The translations under genes were made by a program, and so were the position numbers. Below, one piece after another: positions 6,846 through 15,081 of a stretch of DNA of 24,985 nt. Numbering within the stretch: position 1 is the stretch's first letter; the number at the start of each line of letters is the position of its first letter. The stretch is from a virus (taxonomy: Duplodnaviria > Caudoviricetes). The notes beneath the pieces are model-generated. The model made no database searches and had not been told where the DNA came from. It saw only the letters and a list, made by a program, of their open reading frames with translations. The stretch is from IMG/VR virus record IMGVR_UViG_3300005764_000082, positions 1 through 24,985 of that record. One strand, written 5' to 3'.

Positions 6846-8669
6846 ATGGCAGCAGAAACCCCGCCGATTCACGAGCAGATCATACCGCCATCTGAGCAGC
6901 CTGACGAGTACGATCAGACAAAAGGCGAAGAGCTAGCAGACTGGGTATTTGAACTTCTCGGCCATGCTGCGTCGATGCGCAAGAAGATCACCCGCGAAGA
7001 CAAGTGGGACTCTGACTTTGCTTTTTTGAAAGGCTCACAATGGACAGGACCTTTGCCTTCTTATCGTCGCCCTATCAAGATGAACGCATGGGCGCGAGCG
7101 TTGCACATCGCACTTTCTATCGTTATCGGCAACCGCCCGATTCTAAAACTGATACCGCAGGGAACCAACGTCGACTCGAACGTGATGAAGGCATGGCAGG
7201 ATGCTTTCTGGTCGATCCAGAAGACAGAATACGTGATCGACAAGTACGCAGAAGCACTGACGTGGGCGTGGATCGGCGATGGCGGGTTTTTCAAGGTCGG
7301 CTACGGTAGGCGACACGAGTATTCTAAGTCTCTCGCTGACGTGATGATCTCGTCGCCGCACCCGAAGAAGATTTATCCAGATCCAGACTGCACTGACTTT
7401 CGCCTCATCGACTGCAGCTACATCATCTTTCGCGATGTTCTAGACATGGCTACGATGTCGGCTCGGTATCCTGAGCAAGCACATCTCGTAGAGCCCGACG
7501 GTTCTGTTTCGCGCAAGTGGTCTACTGAATCACCAGAGTGGGCTAAGAGCGAGGGAGACGTTATTTCTCCTGCGGGAGGGTGGCGTGCGACAGGTGACTA
7601 CAGTCGTGCCAAAGCGACAGTCGCTGAGTGCTGGATTGACGACTCGTCGCTCGAAACGAAAGAAGAAACGCAAATTACGAACATTAAACAGATGATCGAC
7701 ACGTGGTCAGAGCTGACCGGAATGATGAACGGTTCTCTGTCGCCGGAAGATCGATCAGATTTGCAGGGCAACATCGAGGGATTGAGCGAACAGTCTCCGA
7801 TCGAGAAAGTGAATCAGCTGCGTGAGCGCATGATGGGCCTCACGTCGCGAGACATAACGCCGGAGCTGCGCCGTAAGAAGGTATGGGCGCCGAGATACCC
7901 GTACGGGCGTATCATCACCTGCACTCGCAACGTAGTGCTGCGAGACATTCCGAACGAAGCGTTTGGTCGTGCGTTCGGCTACGAGATGCGCTGGCCGTTC
8001 GTGTACATTCCTGGCGCTCTGTATCCGAACACGCTCTGGCGGCCAGGTCTGCTCGCCGACAACGAAGAGATTCAGCGCTCGATCAATAAAGCGCTCTCGC
8101 TGCTGATCGAAAACTCGATCAAGGTCACGAACGCTCTGGTGATATGCGACGAGAACGCGATGGAAGACGAGGACTGGGACAATCTTTCTCTGGTGCCCGG
8201 CTGCAAGATTCGCAAGCGCCCGATGTCTGAGTTCAAGGTCGAGTTTCCTAAGCCGCTGCCTCCACAAGCGTTTCAGCTGCCAGACTACTTGATTCGTAAG
8301 CTAGAAGAGCAGGTCGGTTTGCACGACCCGCCGATAGCGCCCGGCCAATCGGTAGCGAGCAAGACTGTCGCTTTCATGCAGCAAAAGGGTTCTTTTTTGA
8401 TGGGTATGTTGGCAAAGCTGGCAGAAGAGTCACTAGAGCGACTAGGCGCACGGATGATCGGCCTGATGGTGGATCGCTATCTGCCGGGTCGTATGGTGCC
8501 GATGTTCGACGGAGAGAAGATTTCAGGTGTTCAGCAGCTGCCAGAACTGCCACCATCGCTCAGGTTCAGGGTCGAAGCGACTAGCGGCTTTCAAGAAGTG
8601 CTCGGCTTCATGGAGATGATGTCTCAGCAAGGCAAGCCGCAGAGCCGGAGACAGCAAAGAAATGGATAG
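6846..8669 (+). CDS. portal protein (P22/podovirus-like)
   Basis: 607 aa just after terL. W..D..F..G.QW, RP, GDGGFFKVGY, IYPDP, YPYGRII, WPFV and Q..IN motifs are typical of this portal class. Confidence 0.9.
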   Translation: MAAETPPIHEQIIPPSEQPDEYDQTKGEELADWVFELLGHAASMRKKITREDKWDSDFAFLKGSQWTGPLPSYRRPIKMNAWARALHIALSIVIGNRPILKLIPQGTNVDSNVMKAWQDAFWSIQKTEYVIDKYAEALTWAWIGDGGFFKVGYGRRHEYSKSLADVMISSPHPKKIYPDPDCTDFRLIDCSYIIFRDVLDMATMSARYPEQAHLVEPDGSVSRKWSTESPEWAKSEGDVISPAGGWRATGDYSRAKATVAECWIDDSSLETKEETQITNIKQMIDTWSELTGMMNGSLSPEDRSDLQGNIEGLSEQSPIEKVNQLRERMMGLTSRDITPELRRKKVWAPRYPYGRIITCTRNVVLRDIPNEAFGRAFGYEMRWPFVYIPGALYPNTLWRPGLLADNEEIQRSINKALSLLIENSIKVTNALVICDENAMEDEDWDNLSLVPGCKIRKRPMSEFKVEFPKPLPPQAFQLPDYLIRKLEEQVGLHDPPIAPGQSVASKTVAFMQQKGSFLMGMLAKLAEESLERLGARMIGLMVDRYLPGRMVPMFDGEKISGVQQLPELPPSLRFRVEATSGFQEVLGFMEMMSQQGKPQSRRQQRNG

Positions 8670-8952
8670 TTTTGAGCAGTGGAGAGCTAAGTACGTCAAT
8701 CCGCATGACACCGGAAAAGACTATGATCTTAGAGGCGCTTGGCAGGCAGGAATAATACCGGGACCAGATAAACACTTTCCTGATACTTTCAAACTGCCGA
8801 ATCATCCATATTTCAGCATCGAGTCAAAATACTGGTATCCCGGTTTACCTGCTGGAAGATGGGATAAAGATAACGCTGGACAAGATATTTATATTTGGAT
8901 GGACGCTGAAACAGCAGCACAATGGGTAAAAGAACACCCGATAGGTAAATAA
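8662..8952 (+). CDS. conserved phage protein of unknown function (YDLRG...HFPDTFKLPNHP..S.ES.Y motif)
   Basis: 96 aa overlapping the portal stop; dense His/Asp/Tyr/Trp motif; locally more AT-rich than its neighbours. Confidence 0.7.
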   Translation: MDSFEQWRAKYVNPHDTGKDYDLRGAWQAGIIPGPDKHFPDTFKLPNHPYFSIESKYWYPGLPAGRWDKDNAGQDIYIWMDAETAAQWVKEHPIGK

Positions 8953-8953
8953 T

Positions 8954-9760
8954 ATGCCAGCTTCATTTCCTTTCGTGATAGACGAGTCAGTTCCGGACGG
9001 TAATACTGAATCAGCTCGCTTGCTCGATGATCGTATCCGCGAAGTCAAAGCGTGGTACAACGCGATGTTCGGCATCCCGCAGGTAGCGATGCAGGCAGCG
9101 ATCGGATCTACAAATGCTGACGGTACGTTCACCTTGTCGAAGGGCTTAGTGCTGTTCAACGTCGCTGCTGACCCGACGTTTGCAGGACAGCTGCAGCGAA
9201 ACGGAGCACGGCTAAAATACAACGATGGCTCGACTGCGCAGAATTTGGCGTTTCAATCAGACATTTTCTTGACCGGAGATAATTCTGAACCGAACGTAAA
9301 CAGCATCGCTACAGAGACAGCGATGTATACTATCGGTATCCCCGGTGGTTCTCTCGGCACAGCTGGTTTTCTTCATATCTACGTTGAGCATTTTATTCTC
9401 AGTATTCTAAGCGGTTCATCATTGCAGCTGCGCTTTGCTTTGGGCGGTGGTGTGTTTTATGGCCCGTCAATCTTCAACTCGACCGTCGGCACGGTGACGA
9501 ATGTCGGCGTCAACACTCATATCCGTCTCAACGCGAGAAGCAGCGTGTCTCTGCAGAACTTTGCCGCGACGACCATCATCGGTCAAGACAACGTGCTGTT
9601 TAATTTTGGCAATAGTGGCCAGCTTACTTATCATCGCGCAGGACAGACCAACATCAACATGAGCGGTGCTGTCAATTTTCAATCTAATGCTCTGTGGAGT
9701 CTATCTTCAGCTTCTAACTCTGTTTCGGGTATGGGCGTCGACATCGTGAAGACTAGATAA
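8954..9760 (+). CDS. short tail fibre/tail appendage protein
   Basis: N-terminal DE..P......LDDRIREVK resembles phage fibre-anchor motifs; Gly/Ser/Thr/Asn-rich beta C-terminal domain; precedes the nozzle-like gene. Confidence 0.6.
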   Translation: MPASFPFVIDESVPDGNTESARLLDDRIREVKAWYNAMFGIPQVAMQAAIGSTNADGTFTLSKGLVLFNVAADPTFAGQLQRNGARLKYNDGSTAQNLAFQSDIFLTGDNSEPNVNSIATETAMYTIGIPGGSLGTAGFLHIYVEHFILSILSGSSLQLRFALGGGVFYGPSIFNSTVGTVTNVGVNTHIRLNARSSVSLQNFAATTIIGQDNVLFNFGNSGQLTYHRAGQTNINMSGAVNFQSNALWSLSSASNSVSGMGVDIVKTR

Positions 9761-9761
9761 A

Positions 9762-11297
9762 ATGCCAGCCGGTACACCGATCACAGTTCCTGCTATCGTC
9801 GGAACTTTTATCAACAACCCGCCATTCAATCAGATCGGTTTTACAGACCAGTCACTGAACGTGCTGATACGAGAAGATGAGCTGCAGACTCGTCCGGGCT
9901 TGAATCAGGTCGGTCAGAATCTCAACGAGATAGTGCTCGGCTTCGCGCCGCCATGTCGCGACACTAGCGATCAGACAGTTTTGATAGCTGCTACGAATCT
10001 TCACTGGTGGAAACTCAACATGGCGACGGACTTGTACACGAACATCGCAAATGTTGCGCTTACTCAAGCGTTGATGCCGACGACGTTCACGTACTTTTTT
10101 CAGGGTGCTCATCAGTACATGATCGGCGTCAACGATAAAGACCCGACCAAAGAGTTTGACATTACGCAGAATACGGTGTTCGCGACCATCGCTGCAGCGC
10201 CGATCGGTCGCACATGCGCTACAGTAGCTAACAGAGTCGTCATCGGTAACTTGCTGTATAGCGGCACTCGCTTTCCTAACGACGTTCAGTGGTCAAGTGT
10301 CGCTGATCGCACGAGCTGGCCCGCGATAGCACGCAATACTTTGCCGGACACTGCGGACAACATCATGGCGATTCGCACTCTCGGCAGAAACTCTGCAGCG
10401 ATTCTCATGGAGCGCAGCCAGTGGATCATGCAGGCGCAGCTCGGCTCTGATGCAGCAGCATTTTCGTTTACTGTTATGGATCACTCGCCCGGTCCGATCG
10501 GGCCTGCTGCGTGCGACATCGGTCCTGGCGGTATGCAGGTCGTCTATCTCGGCGAAGACGGTAACATCTGGAGTTTCAACGGCGTGCAGTCGCAGATGAT
10601 CTATCAGACGCAGCGCTATATCGCTGGGCGCGTCAACTTCGTGACGAAATATCTCACTGCGGTTGCTTATCAGCACGCGCAGCAAGAAATCTGGATTTCA
10701 ATCGCTCTCGATGGCGATTTTTACCCGACGCATCTGCTGATCTACTCGTACAAGAACAGTCAAGTCTACATTCAGCAGACACCATCGACGATTCCTGTCA
10801 CAGCGATGGGCCTCTGTATCTGCGAGCTGTCGACGCCGACAAACCAGCTGCCGGACGTTCCTACGAATCAGCTGCCCGACATCCCGACGAACTTCTTAGG
10901 CGTCAGCAGTAAGATCGAAGAACTGATAATGGGCAACACGGTCGGCACGTATCACTGGGAAGGCACCCTAGATGCCGGTTCAAATATCTTTAACGACTGG
11001 CGATTGCTGATGCCTGTTATACCTGGATCAAACTACGTGTTTGACGGTCTTGAGATCATGGCAGAACCGATGGACGCGCAGTCTGGCGCTTTCACCGTAT
11101 CTGTTCAGCTTGGTCCTGCATACGATAATCTTACAGAGACGATTCTCGGCGTGCTCGATCCTTCTGACAGCGCGATGCTCTCGATCACTAACGTAGAGCT
11201 GAACGGGCGCGTCGTCGTCGTGCGTATCACAGGCAACGGTTACTTGAAAATCAGACGACTAGAAGTGCGGGCTTGGGAGGCGAGAGTGATGATCTGA
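9762..11297 (+). CDS. tail nozzle/stabilisation protein (P22 gp10/T7 gp12-like beta-propeller)
   Basis: 511 aa beta-rich; N..I....LQTRPG near the N-terminus, NRVVIGN, VQWSS..D.TSW, VYLGEDGNIWSFNG and LLIYSY blades. Confidence 0.8.
   Translation: MPAGTPITVPAIVGTFINNPPFNQIGFTDQSLNVLIREDELQTRPGLNQVGQNLNEIVLGFAPPCRDTSDQTVLIAATNLHWWKLNMATDLYTNIANVALTQALMPTTFTYFFQGAHQYMIGVNDKDPTKEFDITQNTVFATIAAAPIGRTCATVANRVVIGNLLYSGTRFPNDVQWSSVADRTSWPAIARNTLPDTADNIMAIRTLGRNSAAILMERSQWIMQAQLGSDAAAFSFTVMDHSPGPIGPAACDIGPGGMQVVYLGEDGNIWSFNGVQSQMIYQTQRYIAGRVNFVTKYLTAVAYQHAQQEIWISIALDGDFYPTHLLIYSYKNSQVYIQQTPSTIPVTAMGLCICELSTPTNQLPDVPTNQLPDIPTNFLGVSSKIEELIMGNTVGTYHWEGTLDAGSNIFNDWRLLMPVIPGSNYVFDGLEIMAEPMDAQSGAFTVSVQLGPAYDNLTETILGVLDPSDSAMLSITNVELNGRVVVVRITGNGYLKIRRLEVRAWEARVMI
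10836..10898 (+). repeat. 24-nt tandem coding repeat, about 2.6 copies (PTNQLPDV-PTNQLPDI-PTNFL)
   Basis: ccgacaaaccagctgccggacgtt / cctacgaatcagctgcccgacatc / ccgacgaacttctta. Confidence 0.85.
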
Positions 11298-11656
11298 TGG
11301 TCTGGTTTGTCCCGCCGATAAGAACTCAAGCAGTAGATGATCCAGACTTAGACTGGGCTTACGATCAGCTAGCACGCGCTATGATCGGCAACCCGGTGAT
11401 AAATCAGACCGGCGCTGCGACTATGACCGGCGCTCCGACGACTGGCAGTGTGACTCTGCCTGTAGCAGAGCAAGACGCTAATTACTCGGTGATTCTATCG
11501 CCGTCAGGGTTTACCGGCACTCCGGCAGCTGGCAGTCAGACTATCACGTCGATCACGCCGACGACGACTGGCTTCACCTTCACGACTCAAGCAGCGCCGG
11601 GACTCGGCAATACGGTAAGTTTTAGCTGGTTCTTAGTTCGCACGTTGACACGATGA
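11297..11656 (+). CDS. small tail protein with an H-type-lectin/gp53-like beta domain
   Basis: TGATG overlap gives start 11297; SVTLPVA..D.NY.V.LSP...TTTGFT...VSFSWFLV pattern. Confidence 0.65.
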   Translation: MVWFVPPIRTQAVDDPDLDWAYDQLARAMIGNPVINQTGAATMTGAPTTGSVTLPVAEQDANYSVILSPSGFTGTPAAGSQTITSITPTTTGFTFTTQAAPGLGNTVSFSWFLVRTLTR

Positions 11657-11871
11657 AGCTGATCAACAGCAAACAGCTCTCGACAATGCTCGGCTGCTCT
11701 ATGCGAACTATCTGGCGCATGGTCGAGAACAACGAGATACATAAGCCGTACTATGTCCGGTCATCGCCACGATGGGACATCGAAGCGATTCAAAGCAGCC
11801 TCATTCTTCACACCAAAGCGCACAAGCAGCGATCTATTTCTCGCGAAGTCACGCCTAGGCGCTTGACTTAA
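11653..11871 (+). CDS. AlpA/excisionase-type helix-turn-helix DNA-binding protein
   Basis: LINSKQLSTMLGCSMRTIWRMVENNEIHKP...SSPRW matches the AlpA family pattern; ATGA-coupled. Confidence 0.85.
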   Translation: MKLINSKQLSTMLGCSMRTIWRMVENNEIHKPYYVRSSPRWDIEAIQSSLILHTKAHKQRSISREVTPRRLT

Positions 11872-11892
11872 AACTTCAGCGCAGCTTCTTCT

Positions 11893-11912
11893 TTACAATC
11901 GCATTGTTGTAA
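11893..11912. promoter_or_regulatory. inverted repeat TTACAA-N8-TTGTAA, candidate operator
   Basis: Perfect 6-bp dyad in the non-coding gap just after the HTH gene; overlaps a TACAAT hexamer at 11894-11899. Confidence 0.35.
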
Positions 11913-11933
11913 GCGCATAGCTTTGTCCTAAAT

Positions 11934-12026
11934 ATGGCTGGAGCACGAGCACGCAGATCGAGGTCTAGAGGACGAGGCAAGGGGTATGCGCGGCCGGGCG
12001 GGCGGAGACAAGTGCGCAGTATGTGA
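11934..12026 (+). CDS. Arg/Gly-rich protamine-like micro-protein (MAGARARRSRSRGRGKGYARPGGRRQVRSM); not in ORF track
   Basis: 30 codons, extremely basic, varied Arg codons; no SD visible. Confidence 0.55.
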   Translation: MAGARARRSRSRGRGKGYARPGGRRQVRSM

Positions 12027-12032
12027 GTCAAG

Positions 12033-12107
12033 CAGCGCGATTAGATCGTTTTTAGAGCTGAAACGCTCTTTTCCTCTCTCGCGCTGAAATCTAGTTGAAG
12101 GAGGAAA
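12033..12107 (+). promoter_or_regulatory. structured RNA leader with a possible anti-SD element
   Basis: CAGCGCGA (12033-40) pairs with TCGCGCTG (12079-86); inner AGAGC-tGAAAc-GCTCT hairpin; TTTCCTC (12070-76) is complementary to GAGGAAA (12101-07) of the downstream SD. Confidence 0.45.
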
Positions 12108-12112
12108 GCGCT

Positions 12113-12178
12113 ATGTTGAAGATGCCTGAGATCGTAGAGCGGCGTCGACGCAAAGGCGGACGCAAACACAAAAGATAG
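12113..12178 (+). CDS. basic micro-protein (MLKMPEIVERRRRKGGRKHKR); not in ORF track
   Basis: Strong SD AAGGAGG upstream; ends 6 nt before the next gene. Confidence 0.65.
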   Translation: MLKMPEIVERRRRKGGRKHKR

Positions 12179-12184
12179 TTTATT

Positions 12185-12622
12185 ATGCCTCCACCGTTCG
12201 GCCCACCTCTAGGGGCAGGCCCACCATCGCCGATGGCGTCGCCAGAGACCACGTCGGCGATCAACCCGCTCTCGCCATCACCCGAAGCAGGAACCGTACT
12301 GGCATCACCTCTCGCAGATCGTCTGATCGGCCCGCTGATGGAGATGCAGCAGCAGCAGAAGATGGGCCAGCAGGGTCAAGCGATCCGCGCCATGCTCAAG
12401 ATGCTTGCTAGCCAGATGATGGATAAAGACCCACGCGCAGCACAGCAGCTAGAGCAGCTAGCAGCAAAACTCATCACTCTTTTACCGCAGGGCGGAGCAC
12501 CTCCGACTACGCCGAACAAGATGGCAGGAGCAGCAGGTCGCATGCCGTCAGCTGCGATGGGTTCTTTCCCGCCGCCAGCAGTTAGCCCGCCCGGAGCAAT
12601 GCCGTTAGGAGGAGCAACTTAA
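12185..12622 (+). CDS. Pro/Gly/Met-rich head-module protein of unknown function
   Basis: Low-complexity termini around a short helical core; directly upstream of the scaffold gene. Confidence 0.75.
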   Translation: MPPPFGPPLGAGPPSPMASPETTSAINPLSPSPEAGTVLASPLADRLIGPLMEMQQQQKMGQQGQAIRAMLKMLASQMMDKDPRAAQQLEQLAAKLITLLPQGGAPPTTPNKMAGAAGRMPSAAMGSFPPPAVSPPGAMPLGGAT

Positions 12623-12623
12623 A

Positions 12624-13373
12624 ATGAAGCTGTCTGAAGTCTTAGCTGAGCTGAAAGACAAGAACGTGACCGTTGACGATCTGGTTGACGACACCAGCGG
12701 CATGTCGATGAAAGACATGCGAGCTAAGATGGGCGAACTCACTAAAGGCATCGAAGCGATTGAGGGCTTGAAACAGCAGATAGCTGAGCGCGACGGTCGG
12801 CTGGGACAGTTAGGTCAAGAAAACGATAGCTACAGGCGGACGCTTGAAGCTTCCCGCGCAACTCTAGATGGACGCGCAGCGCATCAGATTGATCGAAGTT
12901 TTCAGAACGACTCTCTCTATCAGCCCCTCATGCCATATCTCAACTACCTTGAGCAGACGCTGGTCACCGCCGCGCAAGCCCTAGCCGAGCAGCACAACGC
13001 ATATCAGGCAGATCGCAAGTTCGTGATGGAATATCTGAACAAGGTCGAAGCTGACCGCATGAAACGAGCATACAAAGACTTCGACGAAGACAAGATTCGC
13101 GAGCACGCGAGAAAAAAGAACATGAATCGCTCGTGGGACGACGTTTACAAGGACTGGAAGTCAGATCAGTACCCGAACGAGCTAGAAGCGGCGCGAAAAG
13201 AAGAGCGCGAGAAGGTCATGCGCGAGATTGAATCGAAGGGCAAGGAGCCGCCGGTGACTGAAGGTAGCGGCCACCCTCCAGCGCCAGAAGTGCCAGAACC
13301 TAAAGAAGATAAGGGGCAGTGGGGAGACAAGTGGCGTGGTCTAGTCGACGAAATCAAAGGACTTGGCTTGTAA
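12624..13373 (+). CDS. capsid scaffolding protein
   Basis: Charged coiled coil with a Pro-rich C-terminal linker and terminal helix; AGGAGG SD; immediately upstream of the MCP gene. Confidence 0.75.
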   Translation: MKLSEVLAELKDKNVTVDDLVDDTSGMSMKDMRAKMGELTKGIEAIEGLKQQIAERDGRLGQLGQENDSYRRTLEASRATLDGRAAHQIDRSFQNDSLYQPLMPYLNYLEQTLVTAAQALAEQHNAYQADRKFVMEYLNKVEADRMKRAYKDFDEDKIREHARKKNMNRSWDDVYKDWKSDQYPNELEAARKEEREKVMREIESKGKEPPVTEGSGHPPAPEVPEPKEDKGQWGDKWRGLVDEIKGLGL

Positions 13374-13385
13374 AGGAGAACTCAA

Positions 13386-14372
13386 ATGGCAGCTGGAACT
13401 GGGGTCGATAGCACGATGGCAGTGCTCGCGAGCACGCTGAACTCTTTCGTGCAGAAAAACATAGCTCCGCTCGTGTTCGACAACGTGCTCAAGCATAATC
13501 CTGTGCTGTATCGATTCTGGCGCAAGGGGCCGGTCTTGGACGGGGGCGCAGCTCTCACCTGGCCTGCTTTGACGCAGACTAAGAGAAACGGTGGGTGGTA
13601 TATCGGCGCAGCGAACTTGCCGCACGGCGTCGAAGACACGATCCAGCCTGCTGAAGTCTTGTGGCGTCACGTCGCTGAAGACATCACGATTCCGCGCACA
13701 GACATGCTGAAAGCTCGCACACCGTACGCTAAGGTCGATCTCGTCAAGACGAAGTTCGACGAAGCGATCTTGAACCTTCGCGCTCGCATCTCTGCAGCTC
13801 TGTATGCGACTGCGACTGAGGGCAACTCGCTAGATCATCTGTTTCAAGCTGTCGACGAGGGCACAGATTTCTCGACTTATGCTGGAATCGCTCACAGCAA
13901 CACTTTCTGGAAATGTGGGATCGCTGGTGACGGTCGATACGCTAAGGCGTCGACGCCTGTCACTACGCTGACGGAACTAGAAATCAACGTCTACGGCAAA
14001 GCCTGCGATGGCGACGAGCAACCAACTTTGGGGATTACTACACAGCCGGGATGGGATTTCATCTGGGGTCAGATGCAGGCTCTTCAGCGCTTCGTTAGGG
14101 ACGACGAGATGACGAAGGCTGGGTTCGAGGCGCTGAAGTTTAACCGCGCAGTGCTCGTGGTAGATCGTAACACTGTCGCTAACACGCTGCTTTTCATCAA
14201 CGAGAACTGGATCGATCTCGTCAGTCACGAAGAAGAGAACTTCGCGGTCGACCCGATACTGCCCGGCACCCCGTCAGAAAGAAGCATCAATACAAAAACC
14301 GTTTGGTCGGGGAATCTCCGCACCAAGATAGTCCGCTATCACGCGAAGATGGTTGGCGCCTCGAACTTTTAA
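13386..14372 (+). CDS. major capsid protein (HK97 fold)
   Basis: 328 aa after the scaffold with AAGGAG SD; FDNV...NP.L, GG..L..P, A...W....ITI...D.L, VDL...K...A...L, P....TT and AGF..L.F pattern of phage MCPs. Confidence 0.88.
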   Translation: MAAGTGVDSTMAVLASTLNSFVQKNIAPLVFDNVLKHNPVLYRFWRKGPVLDGGAALTWPALTQTKRNGGWYIGAANLPHGVEDTIQPAEVLWRHVAEDITIPRTDMLKARTPYAKVDLVKTKFDEAILNLRARISAALYATATEGNSLDHLFQAVDEGTDFSTYAGIAHSNTFWKCGIAGDGRYAKASTPVTTLTELEINVYGKACDGDEQPTLGITTQPGWDFIWGQMQALQRFVRDDEMTKAGFEALKFNRAVLVVDRNTVANTLLFINENWIDLVSHEEENFAVDPILPGTPSERSINTKTVWSGNLRTKIVRYHAKMVGASNF

Positions 14373-14383
14373 GGGATAGAGCG

Positions 14384-14755
14384 ATGAAACAAAAAATAAC
14401 AGTATCTTTGATCGCTTTAGTCGCTTTTGTCGCTCTGTACTCGGCTTATCTCTACTCTCAGCCGATTGTCCCGTACGGCCCTAACGTGCTGGCAGCGCTT
14501 TACCAACAGAAGCTGACGCCAGCAGCGTCGTCAGCAGCAATTCAGACTGCAGAGCAGACGTTTACGGTGAACGGTCTGATCACTCGCGACATCGTTTTCG
14601 TGAACGGACCAGCTCCGACATCGTTGTGCCCTATGGTGTCTGCTCGCGTGTCAGCGGCGAACACGCTAGCGATTGCGTTCTCTACCCTGACAGCAGCGGG
14701 CTGCACTCCGGCAACCGGGGTCTACAATATCTACGCTTTCAGATATGGTGGCTAG
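14384..14755 (+). CDS. capsid decoration/cement-like protein with an N-terminal signal peptide or anchor
   Basis: ATG14384 follows the MCP stop. MKQK plus hydrophobic core plus LYS|Q, then TAEQTFTVNGL...ARVSAANTLAIAF...TP..GVY, a beta domain typical of post-MCP genes. Confidence 0.7.
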   Translation: MKQKITVSLIALVAFVALYSAYLYSQPIVPYGPNVLAALYQQKLTPAASSAAIQTAEQTFTVNGLITRDIVFVNGPAPTSLCPMVSARVSAANTLAIAFSTLTAAGCTPATGVYNIYAFRYGG

Positions 14756-14756
14756 T

Positions 14757-15059
14757 ATGGCGACGAAATCAGAGCCGAAAGAAGAGCCAAAATCAGAGCC
14801 GAAAGCTGAGCAGCACGCAGAGCAGCATAAGCCGGCATCTAGAAAAGACATAAAAGCACCGTCAGCGCTGGGCTTTATCGAAGCGCTCAAGGCAGCGAAA
14901 GAAGGCAAGAGAATAGCTCCGACAAAAGATGGCGTAGCTGTCGGCCCGCATCTGTTCTACGACAAGAGTGATTTTAGATGGCACTACACTGATGGCGTCG
15001 GCTTAGTGATGCTGCCGTCACCAGACGAGCTGATGGGTGACTGGGAAGCAGTAGACTAG
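14757..15059 (+). CDS. DUF2829/Tad2-like protein with an N-terminal EPK repeat (alternative start 14745)
   Basis: F.EALKA.KEGKRI ... LPS.DELMGDWEAV matches the F.EAL..LK.G..V ... PSQ.D.LAEDW..V outline of the family. Confidence 0.55.
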   Translation: MATKSEPKEEPKSEPKAEQHAEQHKPASRKDIKAPSALGFIEALKAAKEGKRIAPTKDGVAVGPHLFYDKSDFRWHYTDGVGLVMLPSPDELMGDWEAVD

Positions 15060-15081
15060 AGCAAAATAAAGGAGACTTCAC

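Noticed and set aside
11863-11899. TTGACT and TACAAT as a sigma70 promoter
   Set aside because: The spacer is 25 nt, far from 16-18.
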